From Patescibacteria group bacterium (lineage in GTDB: Bacteria; Patescibacteriota; Gracilibacteria; UBA1369; LOWO2-01-FULL-3), in NCBI GenBank assembly GCA_038065735.1, contig JBBTQK010000005.1:363-64362 (forward strand): a stretch of 64,000 nucleotides of DNA. The letters are read 5' to 3'. Positions 1 through 9,092 of this stretch are shown here, one piece after another; position 1 is the first letter of the stretch, and every line of letters begins with the position of its first letter. The translations under genes were made by a program, and so were the position numbers. The notes under the pieces were generated by a model, which worked only from the letters and a program-made list of their open reading frames with translations, was not told the origin of the DNA and ran no database searches.

Positions 1-165
1 ATGAATGAAGATAAAGTGCCTGCTGGTAAGCGTTGTGCTTCTACCAGTAATAGAAATTTTGTTGGAAGACAGGGTAAAGGTGCGATAACACATTTAATGA
101 GTCCAATCATGGCGGCTGCGGCTGCGGTAACTGGTAAAATAACTGATGTACGTAAATTTTTATGA
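1..165 (+). CDS. leuC: 3-isopropylmalate dehydratase large subunit, C-terminal fragment (gene starts upstream of window)
   Basis: Frame 1 is open from base 1 to TGA at 163-165. The translation ...[26 protein letters not shown]... is the conserved aconitase-family C-terminus. The stop overlaps the leuD start (ATGA). Confidence 0.85.
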   Translation: MNEDKVPAGKRCASTSNRNFVGRQGKGAITHLMSPIMAAAAAVTGKITDVRKFL

Positions 166-761
166 TGAAAAATATTAGATCAAAAATAGTGCCGATACCA
201 CGTAAGGATATAGATACGGATTTGATTATTTCTGCAGAATTTTTGACTGTAACTGATAAAAAAGGCTTGGGAGAGCATGTTTTTGAGAGGCTTCGAGTGA
301 GTGATCCAGATTTTCCTTTAAATTTTGAGAAGTACAAGGGTGCAGAAATTTTGGTGGCTCGTAGTAATTTTGGTTGTGGTAGTTCACGTGAACATGCGGC
401 CTGGGCACTTTTTGATTATGGAATTAAGGTCGTTATTGCTCCAAGTTTTAGTGATATTTTTTATAGTAATGCTATGAAGAATGGGATTTTGCCTTTAATT
501 CTTGAAGAAAAAACTGTGGAGGAAATTTTTGAAGATGAGGCTATGAATAGTGGTGAATATGTTGTGAGTGTGGATTTGCCAAATCAGATTATAGAGCTTG
601 CTGATGGGCAGAAGTACGAGTTTAAAATTGATCCATATCGTAAGGAATGTTTGATTAAAGGTATGGATGATATGGATTATTTGTTGGAGAATATTGCAGA
701 AATTAATAAGTTCGATAAAAAACATAAAAATTTTATTTTTTTTGACACTAAAAATTTATGA
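162..761 (+). CDS. leuD: 3-isopropylmalate dehydratase small subunit
   Basis: 199 aa with [18 protein letters not shown] and NGILPL motifs of the LeuD swivel domain. Flanked by leuC and leuB with ATGA overlaps. Confidence 0.9.
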   Translation: MMKNIRSKIVPIPRKDIDTDLIISAEFLTVTDKKGLGEHVFERLRVSDPDFPLNFEKYKGAEILVARSNFGCGSSREHAAWALFDYGIKVVIAPSFSDIFYSNAMKNGILPLILEEKTVEEIFEDEAMNSGEYVVSVDLPNQIIELADGQKYEFKIDPYRKECLIKGMDDMDYLLENIAEINKFDKKHKNFIFFDTKNL

Positions 762-1837
762 ATAAAAAAATTGCAGTTTTGGCAGGGGATGGAATTGGTC
801 CTGAAATTATGGAAGAAGCTTTAAAAGTTTTGACTCGTATTGGCGAAATTTTTGGGCATCAATTTGAATTCAAGGATGGTTTTATCGGTGGTGCTGCTTG
901 GGATGAGTATGAGAGCCATTTTCCTCAAGAAACTGTAGCGATTTGTGAAGGGTCAGATGCCATTTTATTTGGTTCCGTTGGTGGACCAGTGGATAAGCAG
1001 CACGAGCCAAGGTGGAAAAACTGTGAAGTTAATTCTATCTTAGCGATAAGAAATCATTTTAGTTTTGGAATTAATTTGCGTCCGGTAAAAATTTATCCTC
1101 AATTGAAGGATGCTTGTGTTTTGAGACCGGAAATTATTGAAAAAGGTGTGGATATTTTGTGCGTGAGAGAGCTTTTGCAAGATGTGTATTTTGGGGATCA
1201 TGGTATAGAAGGCGAGATGGGAGAAAGAGTTGCGACTGATTTAATGGTTTATGATGAGGAAGTTATAGAGAGAATTGCGCACGTGGCATTTAAGGCTGCT
1301 ATGAAACGAAAAATGAAGGTGACTTCTGTGGATAAGGCTAATGTTTTGAGTTGTAGCAAGTTGTGGAGAGAAGTTGTTTGGAATGTAGCAAAAGAATATC
1401 CAAAATGTAAGCTTGAAAATATTCTTGTAGATAATTTGAGTATGCAGGTTATTCGCAGGCCATATGATTTTGATGTTTTGTTAATGCCAAATATGTTTGG
1501 AGATATTATTTCTGATGAAGTGAGTGTGTTTTCTAGTCTTGGTATGTTGCCGTCTGCGTCTTTGAATGAGGAGGGTTTTGGCTTGTATGAGCCGTCTTCT
1601 GGTAGCGCACCGGATATTGCCGGTAAGGGAATTGCCAATCCAATTGGACAAATTTTATCTGCGGCGATGATGCTCAAATATTCTTTTGGGATGAACGATG
1701 AGCATGATGCAATTGTGCTCGCCGTTGATAAGGCTCTTGATGATGGTTATAGAACTGCGGATATTACCCTGCCGGAGCATACTTTTGTTTCGACTGATGT
1801 CCTGGGAGACGCAATTTGTAAGAACATTCAAAAATAA
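758..1837 (+). CDS. leuB: 3-isopropylmalate dehydrogenase
   Basis: 359 aa with IAVLAGDGIGPEI, VDKANVL and NMFGDIISDE motifs of isopropylmalate/isocitrate dehydrogenases. Confidence 0.95.
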   Translation: MNKKIAVLAGDGIGPEIMEEALKVLTRIGEIFGHQFEFKDGFIGGAAWDEYESHFPQETVAICEGSDAILFGSVGGPVDKQHEPRWKNCEVNSILAIRNHFSFGINLRPVKIYPQLKDACVLRPEIIEKGVDILCVRELLQDVYFGDHGIEGEMGERVATDLMVYDEEVIERIAHVAFKAAMKRKMKVTSVDKANVLSCSKLWREVVWNVAKEYPKCKLENILVDNLSMQVIRRPYDFDVLLMPNMFGDIISDEVSVFSSLGMLPSASLNEEGFGLYEPSSGSAPDIAGKGIANPIGQILSAAMMLKYSFGMNDEHDAIVLAVDKALDDGYRTADITLPEHTFVSTDVLGDAICKNIQK

Positions 1838-1857
1838 TATTTATAACAATTAAAATA

Positions 1858-2790
1858 ATGAAAGATAGAATTAAGACAATGATGGATTATGCCTATTTTG
1901 AGGGCAAAATTACCCCTTCTGTTGAGTCTAAAATTAGTATAGCTTCACACAGTATTCAATATGGTTCTACTTGTTTTGGTGGAATGCGTGGATATTTGAG
2001 AGAAGGCAAGGCCAGGTTATTTAGAATTGAAGATCATTTTGAACGATTGATGAATGCGGTGAAAATTTTTGGTATGGATTTTAAGATGACTTTTGAAGAA
2101 TTTAAAAAAGCAGTGAGTGAATTAATTCTTGCGAACAAACCTGCGACGGATTTTTATATTCGTCCATTTATTTATTCTGATGATGAAGATTTAACACCAA
2201 AATTTGTTGGAATTAGTTTCAAAATTGCACTTTATATGATTCCGCTTGGAGATTACCTGGATACGAGTAGAGGGCTTAGGCTAATGGTTTCCAGTTGGCA
2301 AAAGTTTCCAGATGCCTCAATTTCTACAAAGGCAAAAGCTGGCGGTTCTTATTTAAATTCTTCATTAGCAAGAAGTGAAGCAATACGTTGTGGATATGAT
2401 GAAGCTTTGGTCATGGATCAAAATTGGAGCATCGTAGAAGGAAGTGCGGAAAATTTCTTTATAGTTTATAGAGGAGAAATGATTATGCCTTCAATTGGTA
2501 GTTCGATGTTGGAAGGAATTACCATGCGTACAGTTGTAGAAATTTGTAAGGAAGAAAATATTTCTATTCGTTTTGAAAAAATTGATCGTTCAATGGTGTA
2601 TACCGCTGATGAAATTTTGTTAACTGGAACTGGTGCTCAAATTCTGTTTGCTGACTCTGTTGATGATAGAGTTATTGGCGATGGAAAAATGGGAGAGGTA
2701 TGCCAAAGATTGCGTAATATCTATACTGCGATTATTGAGAAAAAACATCCAAAAAGTAAACTGTGGATTAGTGAATATGAGGTTTGTTAG
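1858..2790 (+). CDS. ilvE: branched-chain amino acid aminotransferase (fold-type IV)
   Basis: 310 aa with class IV aminotransferase-like segments (YGSTCFGGMRGY, TKAKAGGSYLNS, LEGITMRT). Embedded in the leu cluster. Confidence 0.8.
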   Translation: MKDRIKTMMDYAYFEGKITPSVESKISIASHSIQYGSTCFGGMRGYLREGKARLFRIEDHFERLMNAVKIFGMDFKMTFEEFKKAVSELILANKPATDFYIRPFIYSDDEDLTPKFVGISFKIALYMIPLGDYLDTSRGLRLMVSSWQKFPDASISTKAKAGGSYLNSSLARSEAIRCGYDEALVMDQNWSIVEGSAENFFIVYRGEMIMPSIGSSMLEGITMRTVVEICKEENISIRFEKIDRSMVYTADEILLTGTGAQILFADSVDDRVIGDGKMGEVCQRLRNIYTAIIEKKHPKSKLWISEYEVC

Positions 2791-2837
2791 TTTTTAGTTC
2801 CTTATGAAATTCTAAATAAAATTTATTCTACAAAAAA

Positions 2838-4394
2838 ATGATTAAAATATTTGATACAACCTTGAGAGATGGAGAACAGTCGCCAGGTTTCTCTATGAAT
2901 TTGAAAGAAAAATTATTAATGGCGCAACAATTGGAAAAATTGGGTGTTGATGTAATCGAAGCTGGATTTGCAAATGCTTCTCCAGAAGATTTTGAATCTG
3001 TAAGGCAAATTGGAGAATTATGTAAGAAAACTGAGATTTGTGGACTTGCTCGTTGTCATGAAGCGGATATTGAGGCGACGATAAAAGCCCTTAAGGATGC
3101 CGCAAAACCACGTATTCATGTTTTTATCGCGACTAGTGATATTCATTTGGAATATAAATTGAAAATTAGTCGTGATGAAGCCGTGATGAAAGCAATTGCT
3201 GGAATTAAATTAGCAAAAACTTTTACGGATAGAGTGGATTTTTCGCCAGAAGATGGAACTCGCTCTGATTGGGATTTTTTAAAAATTATTTTAGAAGAAG
3301 CAATTAAGGCCGGTGCAGATACTTTAAATATTCCGGATACTGTTGGTTATTCTACACCTGAAGAATTTGCTGCTTTGATAAAATTTATCAGAGAAAATGT
3401 GAAAGGTGCTCATCAAGTAATCATTTCTACGCACTGTCATGACGATTTGGGACTTGCTGTAGCGAATAGTTTGGCCGGTGTGAGAAGCGGAGCCACACAA
3501 GTTGAGTGCACCATCAATGGAATTGGTGAACGCGCTGGAAACGCATCTTTGGAAGAAGTAGTGATGGCGATGAAGACGCGTCCTGATTTATTTCCTGATG
3601 GAAATAATATTGATACAAAACAAATTCTTGCGACGAGTCGTTTGCTTTCACAAATTACCGGACAAAAAGTTCAACCAAATAAAGCTATTGTTGGTAAGAA
3701 TGCTTTTGCGCATGAAGCTGGAATTCACCAACACGGTATTTTGGCTAACAGATTGACTTACGAGATCATGAAGGCTGAAGATGTCGGGTATGTAAGTAAT
3801 CAAATTATCATTGGAAAACATTCTGGTAGAAATGCTTTGGCTGATAGATTGAAACAATTGGGAATTGAAATTTCAAAAGAAAAAATGGATGAAATTTTTG
3901 CAAAGTTTAAAATTCTCGCAGATAAAAAGAAAAATATTTATGATGAGGATTTAATTATGATTGCGACTGATCATGATATAGAACAAAAATATGAATTGAT
4001 TGATGCGCATATAAATTCTCAGAAAGATAAAGTGTCTAAAGCTGATTGCGTTATTAGAATTGGAGAAAAAATAGTTGAGATGGCTGCGGAGAGTGATGGG
4101 TCGGTTTCTGCCTTGTACGAAGCCATTATTGCTGCTAGTGAACTTAAAGGTAAATTGACTGCTTTTAATATAAATGCTCTCACTCCAGACAACGAAGCGA
4201 TTGGTGTGGTAAAAATTGAATGGAAGGATGAGAATGATAAAATTTGGTATGGAAGCGGTTCTGATACTGATGTTGTAGTCGCAGCTGGTAAAGCATTGAT
4301 CGATATTTTAAATAGAATTGAAATTCGTAGAATGCATGAAGAGGGTTTGGATAAAAATAAACAAGCTGCTAGTTTGATTAAAGAATATATTTAA
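2838..4394 (+). CDS. leuA: 2-isopropylmalate synthase
   Basis: 518 aa with [14 protein letters not shown] and [16 protein letters not shown] catalytic motifs plus a C-terminal LeuA regulatory domain. Confidence 0.95.
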   Translation: MIKIFDTTLRDGEQSPGFSMNLKEKLLMAQQLEKLGVDVIEAGFANASPEDFESVRQIGELCKKTEICGLARCHEADIEATIKALKDAAKPRIHVFIATSDIHLEYKLKISRDEAVMKAIAGIKLAKTFTDRVDFSPEDGTRSDWDFLKIILEEAIKAGADTLNIPDTVGYSTPEEFAALIKFIRENVKGAHQVIISTHCHDDLGLAVANSLAGVRSGATQVECTINGIGERAGNASLEEVVMAMKTRPDLFPDGNNIDTKQILATSRLLSQITGQKVQPNKAIVGKNAFAHEAGIHQHGILANRLTYEIMKAEDVGYVSNQIIIGKHSGRNALADRLKQLGIEISKEKMDEIFAKFKILADKKKNIYDEDLIMIATDHDIEQKYELIDAHINSQKDKVSKADCVIRIGEKIVEMAAESDGSVSALYEAIIAASELKGKLTAFNINALTPDNEAIGVVKIEWKDENDKIWYGSGSDTDVVVAAGKALIDILNRIEIRRMHEEGLDKNKQAASLIKEYI

Positions 4395-4404
4395 TCCTGA
4401 ATTT

Positions 4405-4959
4405 ATGGTTTTGATGGAGTCGCTGAGTTTGCCTATGGGGAGCCCTATAATTGATTTTAGTCTTAAGGGGATTGATGGCCGTGTTTATAGTTTGAATGAT
4501 TTTGCTGATGCTCAATCAATTGTTGTAGTTTTTATGTGTAATCATTGTCCGTACGTACAGGCAGTGTGGAGTAGGTTAGTTGCACTGCAGGAAAAATATA
4601 AAAATGATGGAGTGCAGTTTGTTGGTATAAATGCGAATATAAATCCTAAATATGAAGAAGATAGTTTTGAGAATATGAAAAAATATTTTGAAATGTATAA
4701 AATGAATTTTCCTTATTTGGCCGATGAGGGGCAGAATGTTGCGCGAGAATATCAGGCCCAATGCACTCCTGATATATATGTTTTTGATGCTGGTAGGAAG
4801 TTGGCCTATCATGGAAGGCTTGATGACAGCTGGAAAGATGAGAGTAAAGTGACTAAAAAAGAGCTTGATCAAGCGATTGGTTTGATTTTGGCTGGTAAGA
4901 AAATAGAGGAAAAACAGAATCCTTCGATGGGATGTTCTATTAAGTGGGTGGAAAGTTAA
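4405..4959 (+). CDS. thioredoxin-fold redoxin (AhpC/TSA-like thiol-disulfide oxidoreductase)
   Basis: 184 aa with a CxxC centre in VVVFMCNHCPYV and a redoxin-like layout. Confidence 0.7.
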   Translation: MVLMESLSLPMGSPIIDFSLKGIDGRVYSLNDFADAQSIVVVFMCNHCPYVQAVWSRLVALQEKYKNDGVQFVGINANINPKYEEDSFENMKKYFEMYKMNFPYLADEGQNVAREYQAQCTPDIYVFDAGRKLAYHGRLDDSWKDESKVTKKELDQAIGLILAGKKIEEKQNPSMGCSIKWVES

Positions 4960-5004
4960 AAAAAGTTAGAAGTGGTATGCGTTTGGAGATGCGAATTCAC
5001 AAAT

Positions 5005-5040
5005 AAAAAAAAGCCCCACATGATGTAGGGCTTTTTTGTT
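5005..5040. terminator. bidirectional rho-independent terminator
   Basis: AAGCCC(5011-5016)/GGGCTT(5028-5033) stem flanked by an A-run and a T-run, between convergent genes. Confidence 0.6.
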
Positions 5041-5050
5041 TAGATCAGAA

Positions 5051-5269
5051 TTACTTCTTTCCACCAGCTGGAACGATCTTCTTGATAAGTGGAAGACCAG
5101 TTTTTTTGCTTTCTACTACTGTTCTACCTTCTGGAAGAGCATCAATTGCTCCTGGTTTTACTTCACGAGCGAAGTAAAAAATGATTTGTTTGCGTCCACC
5201 TCTTAGAGTTACATTTTTGGAATGTAGGTAGTAGGTCTGACCTTTGCTGTTTTTATGAGAGTAAGCCAT
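5051..5269 (-). CDS. small conserved hypothetical protein (72 aa, basic)
   Basis: Clean ORF between two terminators. Coding-like composition (KGQTYYLH..., Lys-rich C-terminus). No family recognised. Confidence 0.5.
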   Translation of the reverse strand: MAYSHKNSKGQTYYLHSKNVTLRGGRKQIIFYFAREVKPGAIDALPEGRTVVESKKTGLPLIKKIVPAGGKK

Positions 5270-5408
5270 AGTTTTATGGGTTAATTATTAGATAAAGACT
5301 AGGATTTTAGTCTGTTAAAGTCAAGGATCTACCTGTTTTATTGTTGACATCTCCAATATTGGGTTTGGAATATGTACATCTGTAAAAGGTAAGATAACTT
5401 AATAATAA

Positions 5409-5438
5409 CAAAAAAACACCCCTCAAATTGAGGAGTGT
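5409..5438 (-). terminator. rho-independent terminator (minus strand)
   Basis: 10-bp stem 5416-5425/5429-5438. It is perfect on the minus-strand RNA if one G.U pair is allowed, and is followed by a U-run. Confidence 0.6.
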
Positions 5439-5461
5439 TTTAGTAGAAAAAATCTAAGAAA

Positions 5462-5581
5462 TTATTTCTTTTTCTTAGCAACTTTTTTCTTAGCTACTTT
5501 TTTTGGAGCTGCTTTTTTAGCAACTTTCTTTTTAAGAACTTTTTTCTTAGCTACTACTTTTTTTTTCTTGGCAACTGCCAT
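5462..5581 (-). CDS. histone H1-like Lys/Ala-rich nucleoid protein (39 aa from the internal ATG)
   Basis: MAVAKKKKVVAKKKVLKKKVAKKAAPKKVAKKKVAKKKK. The longer ORF to 5650 adds a non-coding-looking N-terminus. A terminator lies immediately downstream. Confidence 0.5.
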   Translation of the reverse strand: MAVAKKKKVVAKKKVLKKKVAKKAAPKKVAKKKVAKKKK

Positions 5582-5961
5582 AAGAGTGAGGTTAATTAAA
5601 TTACTTTCATTATTGATTTTTTTATTAAAAAAGCAAGGTGTTATGCGCATATTTGTGTAATGAGCGTGATGAGTGATATGAATTTTTATTAAATTTACGT
5701 CGTATAGATGTAGTGATTTACTGGCTTCTTGAGCCGTTAAATCACGTGTCTGTGAAAATAAAAATTATAATATTAAAAAAAATGCACGCAACAAAAAATA
5801 TTTTTATTTTCATTTAATTAAAACTTTTTAAAAAAATATTTTATTTTTTTATTTATATATTTTTATTTTTTATTTATGTTTTTTGAAAATAAAAATTTTG
5901 TTTTACTAAAAATAAAATTTTTTTTATTTAATTTGACTGAGAATAAAACTATTAACGTTTA

Positions 5962-7746
5962 ATGGTTGGTGATAATGTGTGGTGGATGAAAAATCCATAC
6001 TTATATTTACTTAAAATTAGCTGGCGATTTGCGGGCCATAGAAAGCCATATTTGGTGCTGACTTACATTCTGTTTATCATTACCAATGTTGCCGTTATGG
6101 TGGAGCCAATGCTTTTTGCATTATTTTTGAATAGAATTCAGCGGGGTGGTGAAAATTTGTTGTGGGATTCTGCTTTTTATTTGGGTTTGTTTGTTTCTGT
6201 TACATTTATTTTTTGGTTACTGCATGGTCCAACGCGAGTTGTGGAACGTATAAATAGTTTTCATATTGTGCAGAATTATAAGGAATATATTTTTAAAATA
6301 ATTTCTTCGCTACCTTTAAAGTGGCATAAAAATCATCATTCTGGGTCGGTGATGAGTCGTGTTGGTAAATCTTCTGCGGCATTGAAGGATTTTACTGATA
6401 TGAGTTTTATGTATATAGAAGTAGTGGTACGTTTTTTTGCTACGACGATTGCGATTTTTATTCTATCTACTATTGGTGGAATTTTGGTTTTTGTAGTTGG
6501 TATGCTTGTAATGATTATTATTTTTGCTTTTGATAAAGTATTGGTTAAAAATCTGCGTGACATAAATGAAAAGGGTCACAAAGCGGATTCAGTTTTTTAT
6601 GATTATGTTGTAAATATAATTACGGTTATTACTCTTAGGCTTGAGAAATTAGCCAAGATGGAGGTAGTGCAAAAAATAGCTTCGATTTTTCCTTTGTGGA
6701 AAAAGAGAGCGATTCTTAATGAGACTAAGTGGTTTACTATTGATATTATTCTGCTGCTTTTGAAATTTGCGGTTTTAATGATTTATTTATATGGCAAAAT
6801 TTCTGCAGGTGAAGCAATTTTGATAGGTAGCTTGGTTGCTTTGTATCAATACGTTCAGCTTTTTCAAAATGTTTTTTTGGATTTGGCTTGGAAGTATGAA
6901 ACTGTTGTTGGTTATTACACTGATATAAAGAGTTGCGATATTATTACAAGTCAGGCTGACATTCTAAAGATAGATACTTTTAAATCTGCTAATTTGAAGG
7001 ATTGGAAGGAAATTAAGATTAGTGATTTATTTTTTAAGTATGAAGATGAAGGTCATCACAAACATAATTTGAGCAACATTAATGTTAATTTAAAGAAAGG
7101 TTTAAAAATTGCTTTTGTGGGAGAAAGTGGTAGCGGGAAGAGTACGTTAATGGCTTTGTTGAGAGGTTTAGAGCGAGCCGATAGAGTGGTGGTGGAAATT
7201 GATGGGGTTAGTTATGATTCGTTGCAGGTTTTGTCTGATATGGTAACTTTGATGCCGCAGGATCCTGAAATTTTTGAGAATACTATAGAATATAATTTGG
7301 CCGCGGGTTTGCGTCATAGTAAGGCTGAGATTTTGAGAGCTTGTGACTTGGCTTGTTTTACTAAAGTTTTGGAAAGATTGCCAAGTGGTCTTAAAACCAA
7401 TATTAAAGAGAAGGGAGTAAATCTGTCTGGAGGCGAGAAGCAGAGATTGGCTTTAGCTAGAGGAATTTTTGCTGCGAAGAGTAGTAGTATAGTTTTGATG
7501 GATGAGCCAACTAGTAGTGTGGATTCTCAAAATGAAATAAAAATTTATCACAATATTTTTAAAGAATTTAAGGATAAATGTATTATTTCGTCTATTCACA
7601 GGTTGCATTTATTATCTGAATTTGATGTGATTTATTTGTTTGAGAAAGGTGTTTTGGTGGATATGGGTAGTTTTGAAGAGTTGTTGAATTTTAATAAGCT
7701 TTTTCAAAAGATGTGGTCGTTGTATGAGAAAAGTGTGAAGAAGTAG
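5962..7746 (+). CDS. ABC exporter, fused permease/ATPase
   Basis: 594 aa with an N-terminal multi-TM domain, then Walker A GESGSGKST, signature LSGGEKQR and Walker B IVLMDEPTS. Confidence 0.9.
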   Translation: MVGDNVWWMKNPYLYLLKISWRFAGHRKPYLVLTYILFIITNVAVMVEPMLFALFLNRIQRGGENLLWDSAFYLGLFVSVTFIFWLLHGPTRVVERINSFHIVQNYKEYIFKIISSLPLKWHKNHHSGSVMSRVGKSSAALKDFTDMSFMYIEVVVRFFATTIAIFILSTIGGILVFVVGMLVMIIIFAFDKVLVKNLRDINEKGHKADSVFYDYVVNIITVITLRLEKLAKMEVVQKIASIFPLWKKRAILNETKWFTIDIILLLLKFAVLMIYLYGKISAGEAILIGSLVALYQYVQLFQNVFLDLAWKYETVVGYYTDIKSCDIITSQADILKIDTFKSANLKDWKEIKISDLFFKYEDEGHHKHNLSNINVNLKKGLKIAFVGESGSGKSTLMALLRGLERADRVVVEIDGVSYDSLQVLSDMVTLMPQDPEIFENTIEYNLAAGLRHSKAEILRACDLACFTKVLERLPSGLKTNIKEKGVNLSGGEKQRLALARGIFAAKSSSIVLMDEPTSSVDSQNEIKIYHNIFKEFKDKCIISSIHRLHLLSEFDVIYLFEKGVLVDMGSFEELLNFNKLFQKMWSLYEKSVKK

Positions 7747-7816
7747 TGGGCTGGCTTGACTAAATGGGTTGAATATTATATATTTGCATTTAGCATTCTA
7801 TTAAAAAGAAATTAAA

Positions 7817-9067
7817 ATGAGTTTTATGAGACGTAGACAAGGAGGAGGAAGGCCAGGTGGCCATGTATCAGGTGGATCTGGTAGACCTCAAGGTGGACAT
7901 ACCGGAGGGCGTGGTAGATCAGGTGGTGGAGGACAGGGTAGAACCCGCAATCACCAGAATTCTGGTGCGAAAATTGATATTTCAAGATTTATTAATAAAG
8001 CTACGGCTGTTGAAGAAGTAAAATATGAAGCCAAACATAAGTTTGAGGACTTTCCGCTTAATGCCATTCTAAAAACGAATATTGCTAATAAAGGATATAA
8101 ATCTCCAACGCCTATTCAGGATCAGGCGATTCCACCGATTATTAAAGGACAGGACGTCGTGGGTATTGCGCAAACTGGTACAGGTAAAACAGCAGCTTTT
8201 TTGATTCCACTAATTAATAAAGTACTTTTTAATCCTAGGGAAAAAGTTTTGATTCTTGCGCCTGTGCGTGAGCTTGCTTCTCAAATTAGAGATGAATTTA
8301 TGGGCTTTAGTAAGGGCATGCACTTGTATTCTGCCTTATGTGTAGGTGGAATGGGAATTGTGCCTCAGATGAGAGACATGAAGAGAAATCCGAACTTTGT
8401 GATTGCGACTCCAGGACGACTTAGAGATTTGATTAAACGTCGTGCTATTAATCTTGAACAATTTCAAAATATAGTTTTGGATGAGGCGGATAGAATGGTG
8501 GACATGGGTTTTATTCATGAAGTTAAATATATTCTTAGTTTGATGTCAAAAAAGAGACATTCCTTGTTTTTTTCTGCGACTGTTTCACCTGCGGTTCATG
8601 GCTTGATTCAGCAGTTTTTGACTAATCCAGTAACTGTTTCCGTGAAGGTGAGAGAAACTTCTTCAAATGTTGATCAGGAAATTATTAAGATTACGGACAA
8701 AGCTAAAAAAATGGATATTCTACAGGATTTATTGAGGAAACCTGATTTTAATAAAGTTTTGATTTTTGGTAGGACAAAGCATGGTGTGGAAAAAATTTCA
8801 GATACTTTACGTAAAGCTGGTTTTCACGCGGCTTCAATTCATGGGAATAAAACTCAGAATAATAGACAAAAAGCTTTGGACATGTTTAAGAAAGGTGAAC
8901 TCAATGTTTTAGTTGCGACAGATGTGGCAGCTAGAGGTTTGGATATCAGCGATGTGAGTCATGTGATTAACTATGACGTTCCTGCAACTTATGAAGATTA
9001 TGTTCATAGAATTGGTCGTACTGGTCGTGCGAATAAAGCTGGTAGTGCAGTGACTTTTGTGGAGTAA
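7817..9067 (+). CDS. DEAD-box RNA helicase with N-terminal Arg/Gly-rich region
   Basis: 416 aa with AQTGTGKTAAF, VLDEADRM (DEAD), SAT and HRIGRTGR. The first ~50 aa are RGG-like low complexity. Confidence 0.9.
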   Translation: MSFMRRRQGGGRPGGHVSGGSGRPQGGHTGGRGRSGGGGQGRTRNHQNSGAKIDISRFINKATAVEEVKYEAKHKFEDFPLNAILKTNIANKGYKSPTPIQDQAIPPIIKGQDVVGIAQTGTGKTAAFLIPLINKVLFNPREKVLILAPVRELASQIRDEFMGFSKGMHLYSALCVGGMGIVPQMRDMKRNPNFVIATPGRLRDLIKRRAINLEQFQNIVLDEADRMVDMGFIHEVKYILSLMSKKRHSLFFSATVSPAVHGLIQQFLTNPVTVSVKVRETSSNVDQEIIKITDKAKKMDILQDLLRKPDFNKVLIFGRTKHGVEKISDTLRKAGFHAASIHGNKTQNNRQKALDMFKKGELNVLVATDVAARGLDISDVSHVINYDVPATYEDYVHRIGRTGRANKAGSAVTFVE

Positions 9068-9092
9068 TTTTTTGTGATATAGTGCTTGGACC

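Noticed and set aside
1249-1677. Antisense or shadow ORFs nested inside strongly supported genes. Examples: 1249-1677, 3648-3857, 4576-4872, 9428-9778, 13681-13992, 20061-20564, 30205-30675, 38245-38694, 43037-43768, 54301-54726, 59315-59734.
   Set aside because: Each lies opposite to, or out of frame with, a CDS that has clear family motifs. Their translations are low-complexity (Ile/Phe/Ser/Lys-rich), as expected from the reverse strand of AT-rich coding DNA.
5700-5961. The extreme AT-rich tract as a replication origin.
   Set aside because: No DnaA boxes were seen in or near it and no origin-linked genes are present. It is reported only as a compositional oddity.
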